Origin: a virus
DNA: 64,000 nucleotides
Virus genome (UHGV): UHGV-0286546
Direction: 5' to 3' (one strand)
The notes below the pieces were generated by a model. The model was not told where the DNA came from. It saw only the letters and a program-made list of their open reading frames with translations, and searched no databases. The position numbers were made by a program, and so were the translations under genes. Below, in pieces: positions 57,273 to 64,000 of the stretch (positions are counted from its first letter, which is position 1; each line of letters begins with the position of its first letter).

Positions 57273-57769
57273 TATAGAAAGACTTTTAATTCTTTATATC
57301 CATTGTTTAAATCTGTTATTTCATATGCCCGTTGTAAATTATCTAAAGATTTTACTGTAACTTTGTCATCTCGGTAAATATTCAAACCCGTTGCACTTTT
57401 AATATCTATAACGTTATTAGCTGAATAAGCAGAAATTATTTTGCAAACTAATGTATCTTTTGGGATAAGTAAGTCAGAAGTTTCATTGTTAATAATCTTT
57501 AATTTAAATTCTATGTTTTCTTCTGGATATTCTATATGAAATCTTTCGGTATAAATCGGATTTAACTTAGAATCTTCATACCATAACTCACCAGTAATAA
57601 AGCAAATGTCTTCGATATTTTTACAAGAAATAAATAAACCAGTGTTTAATTCAAAAAGTTGATTCTTTTTAACTACAATATCTTTGTTTAATATAACATA
57701 CTTTTTATCTAATCTATTTTTATCATCTTGTAAATAGATTACATCTGCTTTATTTTCAAATACTATCAT
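57269..57769 (-). CDS. Hypothetical protein (166 aa)
   Basis: Complete ORF overlapping the upstream rSAM gene by 4 nt. No motif. Confidence 0.3.
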   Translation of the reverse strand: MIVFENKADVIYLQDDKNRLDKKYVILNKDIVVKKNQLFELNTGLFISCKNIEDICFITGELWYEDSKLNPIYTERFHIEYPEENIEFKLKIINNETSDLLIPKDTLVCKIISAYSANNVIDIKSATGLNIYRDDKVTVKSLDNLQRAYEITDLNNGYKELKVFLY

Positions 57770-58722
57770 GACATCATCTTTTCAATCATTTGTTTATCAC
57801 AAATTACACAACCGTCACAATCACTATATGCATGATAGTTTTTAAGATGACCGCATTCTGCTAATTCTGTTTCACTAGAGATATGATCTAATTCTACTTC
57901 TGCATTTGAATCTTTGTGGCGTGTATTTAATTGCATGGAAGTATCTTCACTATTACCATTACGATAAAGGGTATCTGCTCTATATTTAATATTAAAAAGT
58001 TTATCCCACATTATTGGAGATTCTTCTGTTCTGAATTTTTTAAGAAATTGTAAGAATTTTTTTCTAGGAGGTACAAAACCAGGTAATTTCTTATTCATTT
58101 CCTGTAAAGTAATATTACTGGCTCCGCATTGTTTAAAGAAAAACGAGGTATGATATTCTTCCATCATCTTTTTGAAGGATAGCTCACCAGAAAGATATTT
58201 ATCGATACAATCTTCTGATAAAATTGTTGTAGTATTAAATAAAATTTCTGGATATAATTTATGGATATTTTTCATGTGATAACTCCAATTCTCTTCCATT
58301 TTTGGAGTATGAAATCTACCTAGTGTATCATAAGAAGTTAATACCCACAATTCACCTTTATGACCTTCAAATAAATCTAGTGTTTCATATAAATCTTTTT
58401 GATCACCAATAGTAAGTGTAGCATAAATCCAAACGTGTGAAACAATTCCTTCTTTTAATAATTCAGCGGTCTTTTTCATCAGATTCATAAAAGCTTTTTT
58501 GACTTCTGGATTAGACATTTGACCTTGAAAGAATTCACCTCCCAAATAGGAAAGTGTATCATATTCTGGATATAAGGATAAATCAGAAATTTTTTCGAGT
58601 GCTTTTTCGCAGGCTTTAATTTTAAGATGGTCTGGTGTAAATCTGTTTTCTGTACCTAAATAACAAAATTTACACAACGAATTACACTGTTCCCATAGTT
58701 CGAATTGTAATTGTTTTTGCAT
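57766..58722 (-). CDS. Radical SAM enzyme, family A
   Basis: FELWEQCNSLCKFC, LGGEFFQ. C-terminal CGHLKNYHAYSDCDGCVICD. Confidence 0.8.
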   Translation of the reverse strand: MQKQLQFELWEQCNSLCKFCYLGTENRFTPDHLKIKACEKALEKISDLSLYPEYDTLSYLGGEFFQGQMSNPEVKKAFMNLMKKTAELLKEGIVSHVWIYATLTIGDQKDLYETLDLFEGHKGELWVLTSYDTLGRFHTPKMEENWSYHMKNIHKLYPEILFNTTTILSEDCIDKYLSGELSFKKMMEEYHTSFFFKQCGASNITLQEMNKKLPGFVPPRKKFLQFLKKFRTEESPIMWDKLFNIKYRADTLYRNGNSEDTSMQLNTRHKDSNAEVELDHISSETELAECGHLKNYHAYSDCDGCVICDKQMIEKMMS

Positions 58723-58735
58723 TGAATTCCCCTCA

Positions 58736-59581
58736 TTAATTTTTGTAATCGATTAAAGATAATTTTTCGATTTTTCCTGTCGATAATAATTTAATATTTT
58801 CTTTTAACATTCTTTTTTCATTAGATTCTAATAAATCTAAACTGGGTAAGTTTGCTTCATTTGTAAAGATATTCCATTTTGTTATATCTTCGTTCAATAT
58901 AGTTTTTATTGGTACATTTTGAGGTTCAATCTCTAAGGGAGCAAAGTAAGATTCTCCTACAAGAGAAATGGTATTTTTAATGATTGGTTTTTTAGAAAGC
59001 CAATTACCATCTTTGTCAACCATCGCTAAAAACCAATCTGAATCGTCTAATAAAACAATATCGTTGTTTCTATTTATAGCATAATCCGAAAATTTATTAA
59101 TACAATCTCTAATTACTTTTAAATCATAAACGTCTGGATAAGTTTCTTGGATTTGTTTAATAATAAGCTTTAATTTTAATTTACTTTCCAAAATTTTTAA
59201 TGTTTTTCCCCAATTTAGTAACAATTCTTCAAACGATAAGTCTTCTGGTGAGCAAACTTTTAAAATTTCTCTTTGTTCTACTTGGTATAAGATTCCATCG
59301 TTTTCTATTGTTTTAACATACCAATGAATATTAAAAACTTCTCTGTATATTTCTGCTAATTTCTCTCGTATTTTTTCAAAAAATCTACCCGAATGTCTAT
59401 CGATAGTGTATACTTTATAGAAATAATCTTTTGTTCCTATGACTAATTGATGTTCGTAATCTTTCCATTTTACTGATAATTCTGGATGAACATTCTCATC
59501 TAAAGATCGAATAATACTAAAAAATTTTTTAGTCGATGTTTCTTTTAAATCGAGTTTTTTCCAAGAAATTAATTCATTCAC
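58736..59581 (-). CDS. Hypothetical protein (281 aa)
   Basis: Complete ORF between two family-A rSAM genes. No motif. Confidence 0.3.
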   Translation of the reverse strand: MNELISWKKLDLKETSTKKFFSIIRSLDENVHPELSVKWKDYEHQLVIGTKDYFYKVYTIDRHSGRFFEKIREKLAEIYREVFNIHWYVKTIENDGILYQVEQREILKVCSPEDLSFEELLLNWGKTLKILESKLKLKLIIKQIQETYPDVYDLKVIRDCINKFSDYAINRNNDIVLLDDSDWFLAMVDKDGNWLSKKPIIKNTISLVGESYFAPLEIEPQNVPIKTILNEDITKWNIFTNEANLPSLDLLESNEKRMLKENIKLLSTGKIEKLSLIDYKN

Positions 59582-60504
59582 AAAAAGGCTTCTCCATCTA
59601 AATTTTCTAAATCACAAAGCATGCATTTATCTGAATCTGTATAACATTTATATAGAACAGAATGTCCACATTTAGGATTTATATCTTCTTTTCCGTCTGT
59701 TAGTTTTGGTGCTTCTGTATAATCATTTGATCCTCGTTCTTTTACACCTGTATATTTAAAAACACATGAATTTTTTGTAGATTGTAAAAATGATAGATAT
59801 ACAACCGGATTTGCACTTTTTAAGTATCTAATAAATCGTAAGAAGTCAGAACGTTTGAAATTAAAATCAGGAAGTGTATAACCTGTTTCGATTGGGTGTG
59901 GATATAAAAAGCATAATTGATTGCCCGGAATGTTTTCTTCAATAAACTTATTTACATCAAAGTTATTATTTTTCCATTCATCTATAACGTACTGGGTGAG
60001 TATCATTTGAACACCAACGCTATAATTATACTTTTTATGAAAGTCGTTGATATTCTTTAAACAGAGTAATCTAGCTTTTTCGTCTTTGAATCTGTATTTT
60101 AAATCATAAGAAAAGTTAATATCTACTTTTTGTATACCAACTGCATTAACAATTTTATCAATTACTTTATATAAAAACTCCGGATTATAAAGTCCGTTCG
60201 TAACAGTCGAATATCTACACTCTGGATTTTTTGATACTTTTAAAACTTTTTCGATAATAAGATCAATTAATTCTAAAAAGGAATCTTGTACTTCTTTATC
60301 TTGAATGAAATATAATTCACCGCCGAGAAGTGAAATACCATAACTAAATTGATTTTCCCAATCTACATAATCTAAGTTTTTCTTAATTTTATTTAATTGC
60401 CAGAGCTGTTTTTCTTTAGAATATGGAATTCTTTCTCGGCGTAAACAAAACTTACATTCGTTGCAGCAATTAGACCAAACCGCATATTGAACCATATTTC
60501 CCAT
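59578..60504 (-). CDS. Radical SAM enzyme, family A
   Basis: AVWSNCCNECKFC (CxxxCxxC counted from the first Cys), LGGELYF. C-terminal CGHSVLYKCYTDSDKCMLCD, parallel to 57766-58722 and 50462-51340. Confidence 0.8.
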   Translation of the reverse strand: MGNMVQYAVWSNCCNECKFCLRRERIPYSKEKQLWQLNKIKKNLDYVDWENQFSYGISLLGGELYFIQDKEVQDSFLELIDLIIEKVLKVSKNPECRYSTVTNGLYNPEFLYKVIDKIVNAVGIQKVDINFSYDLKYRFKDEKARLLCLKNINDFHKKYNYSVGVQMILTQYVIDEWKNNNFDVNKFIEENIPGNQLCFLYPHPIETGYTLPDFNFKRSDFLRFIRYLKSANPVVYLSFLQSTKNSCVFKYTGVKERGSNDYTEAPKLTDGKEDINPKCGHSVLYKCYTDSDKCMLCDLENLDGEAFL

Positions 60505-60523
60505 CTTTTTAGTATTTTCCTTT

Positions 60524-61078
60524 TTATGATAATGTATATGATATTTTTACCGGAACTACACGTATATATCCTTCATTTCTAACCATAATAGAAATTAAAT
60601 TTTCAATAATAAGTTTAGTATCTGAAACATCTATCATTTTTTCAACAGAAGGTACGTTTTTAATCCAATCTGATTCGTTTGCCCAATATATTAAGTATTT
60701 GACTAGTGAAGAAGTATCTTTATTATAGCGTGAAGATACAAAAGCCAATTTGGTTGCAGCGAAACATGCCAAATTGTTTAAATACGGATAAAAATCTTCT
60801 GGTGCTATTATTCCAGAAGGTGAACCAATAACTTGTAAAAACGCAGTCATATCTGTATCTACTTTTGATGTAGGAATAGCAAATTTAACAGGACTACTAA
60901 CAATACCAGTTACTTTTTCAACATATGCCCCACTACCAGAAGAGGCGGCTTCAAATTTAAAACCGTCTTTAACACAAGCATGCATACCACCATAATTAGC
61001 AATGTTTGCGCAATTGGTTTTCATCCAATTTTTTACAAGGTCACTCAAAGACTGATAGGTTATCGTTGGTAACGGCAT
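60524..61078 (-). CDS. Partner protein of the poly-Ser protein, paralog 2 (184 aa)
   Basis: MPLPTITYQSLSDLVKNW... resembles MSLPVVSYQTIINQLKSW... (49325-49876). Both end in (S/T)-LS after a Y/T-rich strand. Confidence 0.5.
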   Translation of the reverse strand: MPLPTITYQSLSDLVKNWMKTNCANIANYGGMHACVKDGFKFEAASSGSGAYVEKVTGIVSSPVKFAIPTSKVDTDMTAFLQVIGSPSGIIAPEDFYPYLNNLACFAATKLAFVSSRYNKDTSSLVKYLIYWANESDWIKNVPSVEKMIDVSDTKLIIENLISIMVRNEGYIRVVPVKISYTLS

Positions 61079-61771
61079 TTAAATATCCATATATGCTATA
61101 AAACTTGAAGATGATGATGAACTACTTGATGAACTACTAGAAGAAGACGAGCTTGAAGATGAACTACTAGAAGAACAAATATAAGATAAAACAGTAGAAA
61201 TCAAATGAGTATTATTTGTTGTACCTAATGCATTTAATAGATCTGTCAAAGAACTATTTACTTCTGAAGGTGAAATGTCAATAGAAGTAGAATTTAGACT
61301 ACACGTCGGAAAAGATGTTGCTTTTGAATTATAAAATATACGCGTTTCACCAGTAATAGCGCTTGTGACATAAACTAATTTTATAGACATAAAAGATGCT
61401 AAGTTATTATAAAATGCTAACATAGTTTTATATGAAACCGGTGTATTTGACTTTTCATATATAGCACGCGACTTTAAAAATGATAATAATTGATTTTCAA
61501 CTGTTGAAGCTGGAACAGCAATAAGTAAAGAATCATTTATTGTTTCTTTAACAGTTGAAGTATGTGCACTCCTTGCAACATTTCGAAATCCTGTTGCTGA
61601 CATTTTTGTTTCGGAATAGGTTTTGCTTATTCTATTAATAATTTGACCATTCTTAAAAGTTGTTGGTAAATTAGGATTTAAGCTATCTAAGTTTACACAA
61701 CTCGTTTTTAAAACTTTAAGTGCATGTTTGATTAAGTCGTCATAGGTTACTACGGTGTTTTCATTCAGCAT
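61079..61771 (-). CDS. Poly-serine-tailed protein, paralog 2 (230 aa from ATG 61769-61771; 25 Ser then FIAYMDI-stop)
   Basis: The internal Met (MLNENTVVTYDDLIKHALKVLKTSC) aligns with the N-terminus of paralog 1 (MNDIITYQEILDTALNRIKQKC) and has an AAGGAAAG Shine-Dalgarno ~8 nt upstream. The track ORF extends to 61825. Confidence 0.6.
   Translation of the reverse strand: MLNENTVVTYDDLIKHALKVLKTSCVNLDSLNPNLPTTFKNGQIINRISKTYSETKMSATGFRNVARSAHTSTVKETINDSLLIAVPASTVENQLLSFLKSRAIYEKSNTPVSYKTMLAFYNNLASFMSIKLVYVTSAITGETRIFYNSKATSFPTCSLNSTSIDISPSEVNSSLTDLLNALGTTNNTHLISTVLSYICSSSSSSSSSSSSSSSSSSSSSSSSFIAYMDI
61103..61177 (-). repeat. Poly-Ser coding tract (25 Ser codons, mixed agt/tca/tct/tcg/agc)
   Basis: Read codon by codon on the minus strand. 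Followed by codons for F-I-A-Y-M-D-I and a TAA stop at 61079-61081. Confidence 0.8.
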
Positions 61772-62465
61772 CTTTGCTTTCCTTGATAGTTTCAGTATCT
61801 TTAATCTCTTTAGCAAAATTTTCAAATAAATTTAAACCGACTGAATTCTTTAAGAACAAAGCGCTTAAGCATTCCATAGCATCAATTATATATGGACAGC
61901 TCGCTGTATCAAATTGTTCACCTGCAGCAAAAATACCAGATAATGTATAAAAATCTGTACTTAAAATAATTGATTTGTATGCAGCAGGCAAGGATATATA
62001 TTCGTCGGTTGGTAAAAAAGTGGTCTTGCTATAAGATTTAATTAAAGAAATAAAATACATTGATAATTGTTTAGAAAATATATTTAATTCATCTCGTACT
62101 TCTAACCTAACGTCGATTAGATCATCTATTTCATTAAAGTAAATATTTTCATCTTCAAAAAAGGAATCTTCTAAGGTATTATATACTTTAACTAAATTTA
62201 TGATGTTAAGGAGCATTAAAGGATCTTTTAATGTTTCTCTACTTAACGAAATACGTAAAGCTTCAATAATTAAATCAATATTTAAATTTTTTAACCTTGT
62301 AAGAATAATATCTTTGAACTCATCAGACTCTTCTAAAGTATAGATTTTATTCAAATTGTCTAAGAGTTCGTCGGTTGTAATATTTTTATCAAAAGAAATA
62401 GTATATTCAGTTTGTTCTTCTAGTGATTTTTTTGTAATGTTTGCTTTTACAAGGTTTAAATTCAT
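61761..62465 (-). CDS. Hypothetical protein (234 aa), paralog of 52354-53019
   Basis: See 52354-53019. Its stop overlaps the poly-Ser paralog start by 11 nt. Confidence 0.45.
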   Translation of the reverse strand: MNLNLVKANITKKSLEEQTEYTISFDKNITTDELLDNLNKIYTLEESDEFKDIILTRLKNLNIDLIIEALRISLSRETLKDPLMLLNIINLVKVYNTLEDSFFEDENIYFNEIDDLIDVRLEVRDELNIFSKQLSMYFISLIKSYSKTTFLPTDEYISLPAAYKSIILSTDFYTLSGIFAAGEQFDTASCPYIIDAMECLSALFLKNSVGLNLFENFAKEIKDTETIKESKDAE

Positions 62466-62547
62466 AACAAATACCGTCCTTTTTGGGTTGTTCTTATAGA
62501 TATATTATATTGAACTAAAAAACGAAAGTAATCCTAAGTAGATTTTA

Positions 62548-63459
62548 ATGAAAACAGCAATTCGTATTGAACTCATACCACTATATCGTTGTAATGAAAA
62601 TTGTAATTTTTGTTTATATCAGCATGAAAAAAATAACAAAAATACAGCAGATTTAGCATGGATAGATTCAACCTTAACTTCATTGCACTTTAAGTATGAT
62701 ATTCTTCAAATAAAAATTACTGGAGGTGAAATATCTTTACTTTCAGACTTTTACTTTGAGATGCTATTTAACTTATTAAAAATACATTGCAAAAAAATCA
62801 TTGTAGAAACCAATTTCGTTGAATTTAAGAAGGCTTTAATTAACAACTGTGATATAATAAACATAGGATATAATTTCAATAATAATCCTTTACAACAGCA
62901 GATTTTTAATAATATTAAAGCGGCTACAGCAACTGGAAAAAGTATAAATATAAAGTCCTTAGATATTTTTTGTAAAATAAATCATAATCAAATTATAAAT
63001 CATTTAAATTCACTTAAAATTAAATCCTGGGAGATTATACCTTTTCATCAGACACCATTTACATTATATAAATTTAGAGGATATTCAGAGTATGAAAAGA
63101 TTGTTGCTGAATATCTTAAATTGTCAAACAAGATGAAATTTGCTTTTCAAAATAAATTACAACTAGAGAATATTTTAAATCTTGATAACTATAACGTTAA
63201 AACAGTATATTTAACTCCTAATAATAAACTTGCTCTACAAAATTTTGATAATGATAACAACTTTTTCTTAGAAGAATTTGATAATGTTGAAGATTTATCT
63301 AAAAAAATGAAAGAAACGGAAAAAAAGAAAGATAAATTTTGTGAAAAGTGCACTTCTAAATTACAGTGTATGGCAAATAGTTTTATGAATTTGAATTATA
63401 CCGGACTCTCATGTAGTGGATTTAAAGATTTAATAAATAAGCATAAAGGTGGGCTGTAA
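62548..63459 (+). CDS. Radical SAM enzyme with Cys-rich C-terminus (family B-like)
   Basis: LYRCNENCNFC, TGGEISLL. C-terminal CEKCTSKLQCMANSFMNLNYTGLSCSGF. Confidence 0.8.
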   Translation: MKTAIRIELIPLYRCNENCNFCLYQHEKNNKNTADLAWIDSTLTSLHFKYDILQIKITGGEISLLSDFYFEMLFNLLKIHCKKIIVETNFVEFKKALINNCDIINIGYNFNNNPLQQQIFNNIKAATATGKSINIKSLDIFCKINHNQIINHLNSLKIKSWEIIPFHQTPFTLYKFRGYSEYEKIVAEYLKLSNKMKFAFQNKLQLENILNLDNYNVKTVYLTPNNKLALQNFDNDNNFFLEEFDNVEDLSKKMKETEKKKDKFCEKCTSKLQCMANSFMNLNYTGLSCSGFKDLINKHKGGL

Positions 63460-63460
63460 T

Positions 63461-64000
63461 ATGAATTTAATGTATGTTATAATGTCACAAGTTAATTTTA
63501 CAAACAAAAATAATAAGCTGGTAAAAAAAGTAAATAAACTTAAAGAAGAATTAAAAAACGAAAAGATTAAAGTAGATAGTAAGTGTGTAAAATTAGGTAA
63601 CACAGATTACTATAATAATACTTTACCATTAATAACCAAAGATAGAGATGTTCTTAAAAAGCCAAATGGTATTTGTAAGATGCGTGTCAATTGGAAAAAG
63701 AAAACTTTTGAAGGTATGTCTACAAATGAAATCGCTAATCAACTCAAAGAACAATATGGTTGGAATATAACTACCGTTGATGCGGATCATACTCGTAATA
63801 AGTATAAAAATAAAACAGACGCATGGGTAGTATTCGATACAAAAGAAGAAGCAGAAAGAAATATGAAGTTATTTAATTCAATGTTTATTACAGCTATTGA
63901 ATTAGATGCGATTGAAGAATATAAGCGATTTAAAGAAAATCCAGCAAAAAGACCTTTGACTTTTGATAAACTGGTTGAAAACGCTTATGAATTGTATGAA
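63461..64000 (+). CDS. Hypothetical protein, partial (3' end beyond window)
   Basis: ATG at 63461, preceded by an AAAGGTGGG Shine-Dalgarno. Verified codon by codon as an open frame through position 64000 (MNLMYVIMSQVNFTNKNNKL...). Confidence 0.6.
   Translation, partial: MNLMYVIMSQVNFTNKNNKLVKKVNKLKEELKNEKIKVDSKCVKLGNTDYYNNTLPLITKDRDVLKKPNGICKMRVNWKKKTFEGMSTNEIANQLKEQYGWNITTVDADHTRNKYKNKTDAWVVFDTKEEAERNMKLFNSMFITAIELDAIEEYKRFKENPAKRPLTFDKLVENAYELYE

Noticed and set aside
50462-60504. Family-A rSAM genes as prokaryotic viperin (pVip) homologs
   Set aside because: Viperins have CNYxCxFCFH without a preceding conserved Trp and lack extra C-terminal Cys groups. The motifs here (W-x2-C-x3-C-x-F-C plus C-terminal CGH...C..C.CD) do not match. 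Left as an unnamed family.
61772-61825. Upstream extension of poly-Ser paralog 2 to the ATG at 61825
   Set aside because: The extension (MKILLKRLKILKLSRKAK) overlaps the preceding gene by 65 nt and has no counterpart in paralog 1. The internal Met aligns with the paralog 1 N-terminus and has an RBS.
1-64000. tRNA genes, rRNA, CRISPR arrays, integrase/transposase or other mobile-element hallmarks
   Set aside because: No intergenic region is long enough except 38592-38894, which is pure AT-rich with no cloverleaf-capable GC content. No regularly spaced direct repeats were seen. No ORF shows recombinase motifs (e.g. R-H-R-Y or DDE).

Overview
AT-rich tailed-phage or prophage DNA (Myoviridae-like), densely packed with genes on both strands. 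Positions 1-35.5 kb are almost entirely minus-strand and form a virion and morphogenesis module. Reading from 32.4 kb downwards it runs: GroEL-like chaperonin, GroES/gp31-like co-chaperonin and glutaredoxin-like protein; candidate head/portal proteins; a large coiled-coil protein with a C-terminal nucleotidyltransferase-fold domain; tail proteins; a tape-measure protein carrying a peptidase-M15 domain; a lipoprotein; a baseplate block (hub, gpV-like spike with an HxH apex motif, gp25/GPW wedge, a very large J-like wedge protein and two further large baseplate/fibre proteins); and a repeat-containing tail fibre that runs off the window start. A metallophosphoesterase and a ClpP-like protease sit just upstream. 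The remaining ~25 kb (38.9-63.5 kb) is the unusual part. It holds at least 15 radical-SAM genes, each with a CxxxCxxC motif and a GGE motif, most with Cys-rich SPASM/twitch-like C-termini. They fall into two sequence families and sit in tandem paralog arrays. One is a MiaB/RimO-like methylthiotransferase, and a NifS/class-V PLP-fold protein is embedded among them. Candidate substrates are interleaved. Two paralogous proteins end in a 25-30 residue poly-serine tract followed by an identical FIAYMDI C-terminus; the tract uses all six Ser codons, so selection acts on the protein rather than on a DNA microsatellite. There are also partner-protein paralogs, a 230-aa protein with a 6-Cys C-terminal tail, and duplicated accessory genes arranged as inverted modules flanking the core. 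No tRNA, rRNA, CRISPR array, integrase or transposase was recognised. Product assignments rest on motif recognition by eye and on gene order. No database search was possible, so family names are hypotheses to confirm.
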